A stretch of 64,000 nucleotides of DNA from Candidatus Calditenuis fumarioli. GTDB lineage: Archaea; Thermoproteota; Nitrososphaeria_A; Caldarchaeales; Calditenuaceae. The translations under genes were made by a program, and so were the position numbers. Below are positions 54,359 through 63,451 of the stretch, in pieces. Positions within the stretch are counted from its first letter, which is position 1. Each line of letters opens with the position of its first letter. The notes beneath the pieces were generated by a model. The model ran no database searches. It was not told the DNA's origin and saw nothing but the letters and a program-made list of their open reading frames with translations. Location: contig JANVYR010000001.1 in the NCBI GenBank assembly GCA_030059665.1, forward strand, positions 640,001 through 704,000, given 5' to 3'.

Positions 54359-55069
54359 ATGTCGCGTGTGGCCTTCGTCAGCAGCAGGGCCAGAGTATTG
54401 GGAAGGGTTCTTCCTGGGGCGGTGATCCTCGGACCGACGGTGGTCGGAGAGCGGAGCCTCATCGACTCCTTCGCGACGCTCGGGTATCCCAAGAGGTCGA
54501 AGCTGCTCGAGCTGAGGGAGGGGAGGCTGGAGGAGCTGGACGCGGTCAGCAACGGTTGCTCCGTCGGTTCGTGGTGCCTGATCAGGAGGGGATGCGTGGT
54601 CTACGAGGACGTCACGCTGATGGACGGCACAGAGCTCGGGCACAACGTCCTCATCCGCTCGGGGAGCGTCGTGGGCCGGAACACCAGGATAGGGACCGGG
54701 ACGCAGCTGGACGGAGAGGTGGTCGTCGGCGACGGCTGCTCGATACAGTCCAACGTCTACCTTCCCCACCTGACCCGGGTCGGATCGAACGTCTTCATAG
54801 GACCGGGGGCGTCCGTGATGAACGACAGGTACCCGCCCAGCGACAGGCTCGAGGGCGTCGAGATAGGTGACGGAGCGGTGATAGGTTCGGGAGCGCTGCT
54901 GGTGGCCGGCATCAGGATCGGGAGAGGTGCGGTGGTGGCCGCTGGGGCCGTCGTCACCCGGGACGTACCCGATGAGGCGGTGGTAGTCGGGGTTCCGGCG
55001 CGGGTCGTGGGAACCAGGTCCGAGTACGACCTGAAGCGCCTCGGCGTGATCAGGCGTCCTCGAGGATGA
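54359..55069 (+). CDS. Hexapeptide-repeat (left-handed beta-helix) acyltransferase
   Basis: Repeated IG/VG hexapeptides, NDRYP, VAAGAVVTRDVP...GVPAR. Confidence 0.88.
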   Translation: MSRVAFVSSRARVLGRVLPGAVILGPTVVGERSLIDSFATLGYPKRSKLLELREGRLEELDAVSNGCSVGSWCLIRRGCVVYEDVTLMDGTELGHNVLIRSGSVVGRNTRIGTGTQLDGEVVVGDGCSIQSNVYLPHLTRVGSNVFIGPGASVMNDRYPPSDRLEGVEIGDGAVIGSGALLVAGIRIGRGAVVAAGAVVTRDVPDEAVVVGVPARVVGTRSEYDLKRLGVIRRPRG

Positions 55070-55724
55070 GGCCGTAAACGGTGCAGGGCGCGCTGTCGAT
55101 GAGGTCGATGGCCAGCGGCGCCACCAGCATCAGGTCGTACCTCTCTGGCTTCCCCTCGAGGTCCATGTCCTCCACGATCAGGAACCTCCTGCCCCTCAGC
55201 AGGACCCTGTGGGCCTCCCTTCCCATCTCCCTCCTGAGCGGGGAGCTGATGCTTATCGCGTCGATCCCGATGGCCCTGAGGTTGCCGAAGGAGGCGATGA
55301 GCCTCGCTGCCTCGACCGAGAGGGAGATCCCGACGTTCGCGTAGGTCTCAGGGTCCCTCGACCTGTGCCGCTGGAGCCCCGTCCTGATCAGGACCGCCTC
55401 GGACGTCCTCAGCTCCTCACCGTACCCTCTCAGGTCCTCCGGTGCGATGACCTCTCCCGGGGACTTGGGGACGTCCAGCACGCGAACTCCCCGGAAGGTC
55501 AGCTCCTCAGGCCCGAACTCGGAGATCCTGGGACCTGCGTCGTCGAAGTGGTTCGGGGCGTCGACGTGGGTGCCGATGTGGTTGGTGAGGGAGAGACGCC
55601 AGGCGTTGGAGCTGTCTCCGCGCGCAATGCTCCTCACCTGCTCCAGAACCGGCCCCTCGTTCCCAGGGTAGACCGGGTCGCCGATTCGGGTCACGTGGGA
55701 CAGCCTGAAAACCCTGAAGCGCAT
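55050..55724 (-). CDS. Cyclase family metal hydrolase (kynurenine formamidase-like)
   Basis: HIGTHVDAPNHF, AVLIRTG, IGIDAIS, AHRVLL, IVED. Confidence 0.88.
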   Translation of the reverse strand: MRFRVFRLSHVTRIGDPVYPGNEGPVLEQVRSIARGDSSNAWRLSLTNHIGTHVDAPNHFDDAGPRISEFGPEELTFRGVRVLDVPKSPGEVIAPEDLRGYGEELRTSEAVLIRTGLQRHRSRDPETYANVGISLSVEAARLIASFGNLRAIGIDAISISSPLRREMGREAHRVLLRGRRFLIVEDMDLEGKPERYDLMLVAPLAIDLIDSAPCTVYGLILEDA

Positions 55725-55848
55725 CGGCTCAACCCGATCCGACCTCAGCATATACCGGTGGTCCGATCCGCGTGTGGCCAAAGCGAGCGTCCATGCCCGG
55801 GTCAGGGGGATGGCCTTTATCAGGTGCAGCAGCTGGGAGGGGGTGAGG

Positions 55849-56892
55849 TTGCGAAGCAAAAGGGAGCTCAAGCTCGGCTACTGGCTGGCGACGGAGCAGC
55901 ACGGCCCTACGAGGCTTATGGAGCTGGCGACCCATGCGGTCATCGCGGGCTTCGACGTCCTCGTGCTAAGCGACCACTTCCACCCGTGGAGGGACAAGGG
56001 AGGTCAGGCACCGCACCCGTGGATAGTGCTCACCGCCATCGCCGAGCGCTTCAAGGGGGTTGAGGTGGGGACCGCGGTGACGACGCCCCTGTTCAGGTAC
56101 CACCCTGCAATAGTCGCGCAGGCCTTCGCAACCCTCGACCACATGTACCCCAACCGGATCTTCATCACCGTCGGAACTGGTCACGCGATGAACGAGGTTC
56201 CACTGGGCTTCGAGTGGCCGGGCTACAAGGAGAAGGTGGGGAGGCTGAGGGAGGCGATCGAGATCATGAAGCTGCTCTGGGAGGGGGACTTCGTCGATTA
56301 CGAGGGGACTTACTACAAGCTCAGGACCGCGAAGCTCTACACCAAGCCCCGCGGAAGGGTGAGGGTTTACGTGGCCACAGCCGATGCGGGCGTTGCGCGG
56401 ATCGCCGGAGCGCTCACCGACGGGATCCTGACGAACCCGAGGGGGATGGAGAACTTCAACGCGCTGGTATCGGCATTCCTGGAGGGCGCTAAGTCCGCCG
56501 GTAAGGACCCGTCGAGCCTCTCACTTTGTCTGGAGTTCAAGGTCTCCTACGACATCGACTACGACAGGGCGCTCCAGGGAGCCCTCTTCTGGGGGCCGAC
56601 CGCGATACCGCGGGAGAAGCGGGAGAAGATCTGGGACCCGAGGGTTCTGGAGAGCATGGTCGGCGAGGCCGAGGTCGAGAAGATCAAGAAGACCTGGCTG
56701 ATCACGAGCGACCCGGACGACATCTACAAGGCTCTGGGCGAGCTGATGAAGCTCGGGTTCGACAGGGTCTACATCCACAGCTCGTCTCCCGACGAGGAGA
56801 AGTTCCTGAGGATGCTGGGGAGGGAGATACTGCCGTGGCTGAGGGAGTACTACAGCTCCCTCCGGGTGCCTCTCAGGGTAGCGCCCGAGTGA
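55849..56892 (+). CDS. F420-dependent LLM-class oxidoreductase (G6PDH-like family)
   Basis: EQHGP, SDHFHPW, GTAVTTP, VGTGHAMNE, RLREA. Confidence 0.88.
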   Translation: MRSKRELKLGYWLATEQHGPTRLMELATHAVIAGFDVLVLSDHFHPWRDKGGQAPHPWIVLTAIAERFKGVEVGTAVTTPLFRYHPAIVAQAFATLDHMYPNRIFITVGTGHAMNEVPLGFEWPGYKEKVGRLREAIEIMKLLWEGDFVDYEGTYYKLRTAKLYTKPRGRVRVYVATADAGVARIAGALTDGILTNPRGMENFNALVSAFLEGAKSAGKDPSSLSLCLEFKVSYDIDYDRALQGALFWGPTAIPREKREKIWDPRVLESMVGEAEVEKIKKTWLITSDPDDIYKALGELMKLGFDRVYIHSSSPDEEKFLRMLGREILPWLREYYSSLRVPLRVAPE

Positions 56893-57026
56893 GCGGAGCC
56901 CTTCGCGCCCGGTTCCCGATCTGGGCCAGCTCTCCGTTAATTTCCGCTTCCCAAACCGTCGGAGCCGCAGGACAGCGCAAACACTACAAATTGCACCGCG
57001 TATTGCTGACCGGAGCGGGTGGAGGG

Positions 57027-57605
57027 ATGTCCGAGCTGAGGGCTGAGACGACGGCGAAGCCGAAGTACGCGGAGGAGGTCGTCCAGATCCCGGAGGGCGT
57101 GACGGTCGAGGTGGTGGACGAGGTGACGATAAGGGTGAAGGGGCCGCTGGGGGAGCTGGTGAAGTCCTTCGCGAACGCCGGCATCAGGATCTCCAAAACC
57201 GAGAACGGCCTGCTGGTCAGGGTCTACGGGAGGGGCAAGAGGGTCGATGCGATGATCGGGACGTTCAAGGCCGTCTTCAGGAACATGGTGCTGGGCGTGA
57301 CGAAGGGATTCACGTACAAGCTTAAGGTCGTTCAGACCCACTTCCCGATGAACCTGAAGGTGCAGGGGAACAGGCTCGTGATCGAGAACTTCATCGGCGA
57401 GCGCTACCCGAGGGTCGTCGAGATTTTGCCGGGCGTTAAGGTGACAGTGAAGGGCGAGGACGTGATCGTCACCGGGATCGATAGGGAGGCGGTCGGGCTC
57501 GTCGCGGGCCGGATAGAGCAGGCGACCAAGATCAGGAACAAGGACCTCAGGAAGTTCCTCGACGGGATCTACGTCTACTACAAGGGCGTTGGGATCGAGA
57601 AGTAG
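57027..57605 (+). CDS. rpl6: 50S ribosomal protein L6 (uL6)
   Basis: IPEGVTV, VKGPLG, NMVLGVTKGF, HFPM, NFIGE, DLRKFLDGIYV. Confidence 0.96.
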   Translation: MSELRAETTAKPKYAEEVVQIPEGVTVEVVDEVTIRVKGPLGELVKSFANAGIRISKTENGLLVRVYGRGKRVDAMIGTFKAVFRNMVLGVTKGFTYKLKVVQTHFPMNLKVQGNRLVIENFIGERYPRVVEILPGVKVTVKGEDVIVTGIDREAVGLVAGRIEQATKIRNKDLRKFLDGIYVYYKGVGIEK

Positions 57606-57616
57606 CCGCACCCCCT

Positions 57617-59716
57617 TCACGACCTCGCCTCGAACCGCAGCAGCTCCAGCGGGTGGAGCACCCTCATCCCGGTTCCCGACCTCAGGTGAAGGGCGCAGAC
57701 GCTGCTCTCCGTGACGATCGCGTCGAACCCTCCCGACCTGAAGGCGTCGAAGAGCCTCCTGCCCATCGCCTGAGAGAGCTTTCTCCCGATCGGCCCGGCC
57801 TTCATCCCGAAGGTTCCGGCCATGCCGCAGCACATCCCGTCGCCGACGACCTCGGCCTCTGCACCGGCCCTTCGCAGCAGCCAGAGAACGTTCTCGGCAC
57901 CGGAGAGGGCCCTCTGATGGCACGGGACGTGGACGCCGTACCTACCCCTCACCGGCCTCGCGGACAACCTGCCCGATGCCGCGAGCTCCCTCAGCAGCCC
58001 CAATGCTTCCACCGTTTTCCCCGCGACCTCCACAGAGGCCTCGTTGCGTAGCAGGTAGGGGTAGACGAACTTGAGCGCGTAGGTCGCCGTCGGCTCCAGA
58101 GATACGACGAGATAACCCCTGGAGGTGAACTCTCGCAGCACGCGGACGTTGTACTCCGCGATCCTCATCGCCCCCTTCAGGTCTCCGTAGGCCACCAGCG
58201 GGTAGCCCGAGGTCCTAACGTCGGGGACATCCACCTCGATCCCGGTTTCCTGCAGCAGCGCGATCATCCCCTCGGCCAGGTCAGGCCTGACGTACTCGTA
58301 GAAGAAGTCCGGGAAGAGCGCGACCCGCATCACGGGGTTCTCGGGCCTCCGCATCACCCTCCCCAGACGCGCCCTCAAGCTCCTCTCCGCGAAGGGAGGA
58401 ACCTCTGCATCCCTGTCCAGGCCCAGCAACCTCTCCATCAACCACCTGAAGGTACGGGACCTCAGCGCCCAGTTGGCGACGGGCGCGAACCTCGAGGCCA
58501 GTGCTCCGAACCGCTCGTAGGCCATCATGACCCTGTTGACCCAGGGGAATCCGCGGGACTCCGCGTCGAGCTCCTTCACCCGCGCTATCATCATCGGTAT
58601 GTTGATCTCCACTGGGCAGACCTCCCTGCAGAGGCCGCAGGAGATGCAGAGGTGCGCGAAAACGGCACGATCGAGGCCGTGGACGTTCGCGGTCCAGGGT
58701 ATACCGATGGGCCCTGGGTAGATGTGCCCGAAGACGTGACCGCCGACGACGCTGTACGGAGCGCAGACGTTCATGCAGGCCCCGCACCGGATGCAGTAGA
58801 GGGCCTCCCTGAAGACCGGATCTTCCCTCATCCTCCTACGGCCGTTGTCGAGCAGAACCACGTGCAGCTCCCTCCCCTCGGACCCTGGCAGCTCCATCCT
58901 CCCTCCCATCACGGAGACGTAGACGGTCAGCCTCTGGCCCGTGGCGGCCACCGCGTGGGACCTGGCGAGCATCAGGGCCTCCTCGACTGTACTCACCACC
59001 TTCTCGATGCCTAGGAGGACGATCTGGATTCTCGGCAGCGAGGCGACGAGCCTGCCGTTCCCCTCGTTCGTCTCCAGCACCACCGCACCCAGCTCCGCGA
59101 TCGCGACGTTGGCGCCGTTGATGCCGACGTCAGCCTCGAGGAACTTCCGCCTGAGCCTCTCCCTGACGTACCTGAGCACCGCGCCTATCTCCGGCTCAAG
59201 CCTCACTCCTGCCTCCGCGGAGAAGAGCCCTGCCACCTCCTCGACCGTCCTGTGTATCGCGGGGAAGACCAGGTGGCTCGGCCTCTCCTTCGCCAGCTGG
59301 ATGATCCGCTCGCCGAGGTCCGTCTCGATCACCTCGATCCCAGCACCCTCGAGAACCCCGTTCAGCTCGATCTCCTCGCTGGTGAGGGACTTAGACTTGA
59401 CGACGGTCCTGGCGCCTGCCCTCTCCGCTATCCCGAGGATTATCTCGCAGGCCTCTTTCGCGTCCGCTGCGAAGTGCACCTTCGCTCCCCTCGCCTCGGC
59501 GTTCCTGACGAACTCCCGCACCAGCTCCTCGAGCTCCTCGACGCTCCTCTCCTTGATCGCCCTCACACCAGCCCTGAACGACGCGTAGTCCTCGAACTCC
59601 GCTATCGCCCGCTCCCTACCCCTCAGACCCCTGAGCATGGCCGCGTACAGCCCCCTCACCCCTCCCCTCCGGATCGACTCGGAGACGGCCCGCTCGAGCT
59701 CCCGGTACGTCATCAC
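57617..59716 (-). CDS. lutB: LutB/LldF lactate-utilisation Fe-S protein fused to CCG domains
   Basis: ETDLGE, TNEGNG, CIRCGACMNVC, CISCGLCREVCPV, then HVPCHQ and CCGMAG. Confidence 0.9.
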   Translation of the reverse strand: MMTYRELERAVSESIRRGGVRGLYAAMLRGLRGRERAIAEFEDYASFRAGVRAIKERSVEELEELVREFVRNAEARGAKVHFAADAKEACEIILGIAERAGARTVVKSKSLTSEEIELNGVLEGAGIEVIETDLGERIIQLAKERPSHLVFPAIHRTVEEVAGLFSAEAGVRLEPEIGAVLRYVRERLRRKFLEADVGINGANVAIAELGAVVLETNEGNGRLVASLPRIQIVLLGIEKVVSTVEEALMLARSHAVAATGQRLTVYVSVMGGRMELPGSEGRELHVVLLDNGRRRMREDPVFREALYCIRCGACMNVCAPYSVVGGHVFGHIYPGPIGIPWTANVHGLDRAVFAHLCISCGLCREVCPVEINIPMMIARVKELDAESRGFPWVNRVMMAYERFGALASRFAPVANWALRSRTFRWLMERLLGLDRDAEVPPFAERSLRARLGRVMRRPENPVMRVALFPDFFYEYVRPDLAEGMIALLQETGIEVDVPDVRTSGYPLVAYGDLKGAMRIAEYNVRVLREFTSRGYLVVSLEPTATYALKFVYPYLLRNEASVEVAGKTVEALGLLRELAASGRLSARPVRGRYGVHVPCHQRALSGAENVLWLLRRAGAEAEVVGDGMCCGMAGTFGMKAGPIGRKLSQAMGRRLFDAFRSGGFDAIVTESSVCALHLRSGTGMRVLHPLELLRFEARS

Positions 59717-59717
59717 C

Positions 59718-60269
59718 TCACACCTCCAGGAAGACCACCGTTGTGTGTGGTCCGTGCACGCCGAGCGTCAGCCTGAGCTCTATGTCGCCGGTCCTGCTCG
59801 GCCCAGAGATCAGCGTCACCGCGAAGCCCCTGCTCTGAGCTGCCCTCCTGATCAGGCCAGCGACCTGAAGGAGGTCCGGGAGCACAGCTTCGGCCCTGAT
59901 GTGGGCGACGTGGACCGGAGGTAGAGCGGAGACCAACCTGTCGGACTCGGTGTGGCAGACCTCGACGATCGATCCCGTTTCGGCGACCGCCGCTGCCGGG
60001 AAGGTTACGCCGGCCCCGCAGCCCTCGATGCTCGCCGCGTCTGCGCCCGGTGGAACCACCTCGAACCGTCCGCGGAGCTCTCGGATCAGATCGCTCGACC
60101 TGTTGTCGCCGGAGGAGGCCACAGCCACCCGTTTCACCCCTCTCCTCTCCAGCCACTCCGCTATGCCCCGGACGGCCCCGTCCCAGCCGCGCGTGACCAC
60201 GACCTCGCCGTTCTGGTCGGTGAACCTCTCCGCAAACCTCCTCACGACCTCGCCGACCTCCGGCTGCAA
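59718..60269 (-). CDS. lutC: LutC/LUD-domain protein
   Basis: AAVAETGSI, SALPPVHV, ISGPSRTGDIE...GVHGP. Confidence 0.9.
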   Translation of the reverse strand: MQPEVGEVVRRFAERFTDQNGEVVVTRGWDGAVRGIAEWLERRGVKRVAVASSGDNRSSDLIRELRGRFEVVPPGADAASIEGCGAGVTFPAAAVAETGSIVEVCHTESDRLVSALPPVHVAHIRAEAVLPDLLQVAGLIRRAAQSRGFAVTLISGPSRTGDIELRLTLGVHGPHTTVVFLEV

Positions 60270-60426
60270 CCCACGACGGCATCAGCCCATCGCTATAAAA
60301 GTGGGGATCGCAACGGGTTCCGAGAGGTCAACTGTGGGGACGCAGGCGCGGGAACCCGGCACGATCCGATGGGACGCCTCAATCGCGGCGAACCACTAAA
60401 TACTGTGGCTCAACAGTCCTGTCTGC

Positions 60427-60498
60427 GGGGCCGTGGTCTAGTGGCATGACGCCGCCCTCACACGGCGGAGGTCGTGGGTTCGATTCCCACCGGCCCCA
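60427..60498 (+). tRNA. tRNA-Val(CAC), intronless, CCA not encoded
   Basis: Acceptor GGGGCCG/CGGCCCC-A, anticodon arm CCGCC-CTCACAC-GGCGG, T-arm GTGGG-TTCGATT-CCCAC. Confidence 0.96.
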
Positions 60499-60617
60499 TC
60501 CGATAAGTTGGGCAACTCTCGTCCACGGCGGGTCACTTGCTGAGCTTCGGCCCCTCGGCGAGAGGTCGGTTCGGCGTGACGTGAGCAATATATTAGACCG
60601 GTTGAGGACGGATCGCC

Positions 60618-60950
60618 GTGGCGGAGCAGATCGACATCTCCGAGTTCAGGAAGGTCGACATCAGGATAGGGAAGGTAGTCGAGGCCGAGCGGGTCCAGGG
60701 GACCGACAGGCTGATCAGGCTGACCGTGGACTTCGGAGGCGTCCGGAAGCAGGCCCTTACGGGACTCGGTCACCTCTACCAGCCCGAGCACTTCCTGGGA
60801 AGGAAGTTCGCCTTCGTCACGAACCTTAAGCCGAAGAAGGTGAGGGGTCTCGTGTCCGAGTGCATGATCCTTGCGGCCATGAAGGACGAGAACGACGTGG
60901 TCCCTCTGGTCCCGGAGAGGGACATCGCCGAGGGCTCTCAGGTCCTCTGA
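60618..60950 (+). CDS. Stand-alone tRNA-binding OB-fold protein (Trbp111/CsaA/MetRS C-domain)
   Basis: FRKVDIRIG, VTNLKPKKVRGLVSECMILAA. Confidence 0.9.
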   Translation: MAEQIDISEFRKVDIRIGKVVEAERVQGTDRLIRLTVDFGGVRKQALTGLGHLYQPEHFLGRKFAFVTNLKPKKVRGLVSECMILAAMKDENDVVPLVPERDIAEGSQVL

Positions 60951-61366
60951 CCCCTCAGGAACTCCTCAGCGGCCGCGAGCACCTCCCTCGACGTCCTGAA
61001 CCTCAGCCTGGACATCGCCTCCTCGAAGGGCAGCCACTCGAACCCCTTGTGCTCGTGGGAGATCCTCACGTCGGTAGTTTTGGATTTTCCAAGATAGTAG
61101 ACGACGCTCTTATGCACTTTCTCACCCTTCTCGGTGTAGAAGTAGCTGATCTCCTTCCGGAAGCCGAAGAGGACCTCGACGTCGTTCAGGCCGGTCTCCT
61201 CGCGGAGCTCCCTCAGGGCGGCCCTGATGTCGCTCTCCCCCTGCTCCACGTGGCCCTTCGGGAAGTCCCAGTGACCGCTGGGGTAGTGGAGAAGCAGATA
61301 GAGCCTGGTGCCGTCCTCGCGCTCGGAGAAGACGACGAAGCCCGCGGACCTCTCCCTTCTGACCAT
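60938..61366 (-). CDS. Nudix hydrolase (Ap4A hydrolase-like)
   Basis: SAG, HWDFPKGHVEQGESDIRAALRELREETG, SHEH. Confidence 0.92.
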   Translation of the reverse strand: MVRRERSAGFVVFSEREDGTRLYLLLHYPSGHWDFPKGHVEQGESDIRAALRELREETGLNDVEVLFGFRKEISYFYTEKGEKVHKSVVYYLGKSKTTDVRISHEHKGFEWLPFEEAMSRLRFRTSREVLAAAEEFLRGQRT

Positions 61367-61370
61367 CCGC

Positions 61371-63380
61371 TCAGCGGATCTGCCTCCTCAGCTCCTCGTA
61401 AGCGGTCTTGATCTCCTCAACGGTCGCCTCATCCTCGAGGGTCGTGACGTCGCCCAACGGCGCGTTCATCAGGACCGCCCTCAGCAGCCTCCTCATGATC
61501 TTCCCGCTCCTGGTCTTGGGAAGGGCCCTGACGAAGACCACCTCCCTCGGCACCATTATCGGTCCGTACCTCTCCCTTATCCACCTCATCAGCTCGGCCT
61601 TCAGCTCGCCCGACGGCTGGTGTCCTGACTTGAGGACGACGAACGCCACCGGAGCCTCGCCCTTGACCTCGTCCGGAACGCCCACCACGGCCGACTCCGC
61701 AACGGACGGGTGAGCGACGAGCGCCGACTCGAGCTCGTAGGTGCCTATCCTGTGGCCGGCGACCTTGAGGACCTCGTCAGCCCTTCCAGCGACCCAGATG
61801 TAACCGTCCTCGTCCCTGATCGCGTAGTCGCCTGTGTAGTAAACCCCTGGGAACCTGGACCAGTACACCCTGTTGTAGCCCTCCGGATCCCCCCACATGC
61901 CGGTGGGAGGAGCGAGCATCCCGGGCCAGGGCCTCTTGATCACGAGGAAGCCCTTCGATCCGGCCGGCAGGGACCTTCCCTGCTCGTCGACCACGTCCAC
62001 CTCTATCCCAGGAAGCGGAGGGCCGTTGGTGCCGGGCTTCAGCGGGACAAGCGCCAGCCCGGGAGCGTGGCTGATCAGGATCCCACCGGTCTCGGTCTGC
62101 CACCAAGTGCTCCCGACCGGGCACCTCCCTCCGCCGACCACCTCGTAGAGCCACCTCCAGGCCGACGGGTTGATCGGTTCGCCGACGCTGTGGATCAGCC
62201 TCAGCGTCGAGAGGTCGTGCCTCTTCACGTGCTCGTCGCCGAAGCGGATGAGCATCCTGACGGCCGTCGGGGTGGTGTAGAGGATCGTGACGCCGTACCT
62301 CTCCACTATCGACCACCACCTGTCTGGTGCCGGGTAGTCGGGCGTTCCCTCGTACATCACGATCGTTGCTCCCTCCATCAGCGGCCCGAAGACGACGTAG
62401 CTGTGCCCCGTGACCCATCCTATGTCGGCCGTGCAGAAGTAGACGTCCTCGTCCCTTATGTCGAAGACCCACTTCATCGTGGCGTGGAGGAGGACGGAGT
62501 AGCCGTGGTGGTCGTGGATGATGCCCTTGGGCTTCCCGGTGGTACCTGAGGTGTAGAGCACGTAGAGCGGCTCATCGCAGGTCATCCTCTCGGGCTCCAC
62601 GTAGGCGTTCACGGGGACCTCAGCGAGCAGGTCGTCGAGGAAGACGTCGCGTCCATCCGTCATCGGTACATCGGCCCCGAGCCTACTGACGACGACCACC
62701 TTCCTGATGCCGTCGTAGAGCCTGATCGCCTCATCGGCGATCTTCTTCAGCTCGATGACCCGACCCCTCCTGTAGAACCCGTCGGCGGTGATCAGGTACC
62801 TGGCTCCGAGGTCCCTCATCCTCATCGCGAGGTTCTCGCCGGTGAAGCCGCTGAAGACGACGGTGAAGACAGCGCCGAGCCTGGCGCATGCCAGCATCAC
62901 CGCTGGGAGCTCCGGAACCATCGGCATGTAGATCGCCACCCTCTCCCCCCTCGAGACGCCCAGACGCCTGAGGGCATGGGCTATCCTGTTGACGAGCCTC
63001 CAGAGGTCGAAGTAGGTGAGGACGCGCCTCTCTCTCGGTTGGCCCCTCTCGTCGACCGGCTCACCCTCCCAGATGATCGCGACCTTGTTCCGCCTCCAGG
63101 TCCTGACGTGCCTGTCGAGGCAGAGGTGGGAGACGTTGATCTCGCCGCCGACGAACCAGCGGTAGACGTTCGGGTGCTCGCCTGGAACGAGGACCCTATC
63201 CCACTTCCTGAACCACTCCAGCTCCTCCGCGACCCTACCCCAGAAGCCCTCCAGGTCCTCGACCGCGGCACGGTGGAGCTCGAAGTACGACTTCGGGTCC
63301 ACGACTTTACCCGAGTGGCTCGCCGGGACGATCCTCTCCTCAAACGGAAGGGGTTCGCCCATGATGCCCTCGGACGACAT
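61371..63380 (-). CDS. acs: Acetyl-CoA synthetase (AMP-forming)
   Basis: YTSGTTGKPKG, ADIGWVTGHSY, VGEPINP, WWQTETG, GRADE, PKTRSGKIMRR. Confidence 0.96.
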   Translation of the reverse strand: MSSEGIMGEPLPFEERIVPASHSGKVVDPKSYFELHRAAVEDLEGFWGRVAEELEWFRKWDRVLVPGEHPNVYRWFVGGEINVSHLCLDRHVRTWRRNKVAIIWEGEPVDERGQPRERRVLTYFDLWRLVNRIAHALRRLGVSRGERVAIYMPMVPELPAVMLACARLGAVFTVVFSGFTGENLAMRMRDLGARYLITADGFYRRGRVIELKKIADEAIRLYDGIRKVVVVSRLGADVPMTDGRDVFLDDLLAEVPVNAYVEPERMTCDEPLYVLYTSGTTGKPKGIIHDHHGYSVLLHATMKWVFDIRDEDVYFCTADIGWVTGHSYVVFGPLMEGATIVMYEGTPDYPAPDRWWSIVERYGVTILYTTPTAVRMLIRFGDEHVKRHDLSTLRLIHSVGEPINPSAWRWLYEVVGGGRCPVGSTWWQTETGGILISHAPGLALVPLKPGTNGPPLPGIEVDVVDEQGRSLPAGSKGFLVIKRPWPGMLAPPTGMWGDPEGYNRVYWSRFPGVYYTGDYAIRDEDGYIWVAGRADEVLKVAGHRIGTYELESALVAHPSVAESAVVGVPDEVKGEAPVAFVVLKSGHQPSGELKAELMRWIRERYGPIMVPREVVFVRALPKTRSGKIMRRLLRAVLMNAPLGDVTTLEDEATVEEIKTAYEELRRQIR

Positions 63381-63451
63381 GACCTTAACACTCCCGCGAC
63401 CCGTCCAACGGATAAGCCTTCAGGCACACGTAAAGCCGTGGTCGGAGAACG

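Noticed and set aside
60427-60617. tRNA-Val as an integration site
   Set aside because: No duplicated tRNA 3' end and no integrase nearby; downstream genes are housekeeping
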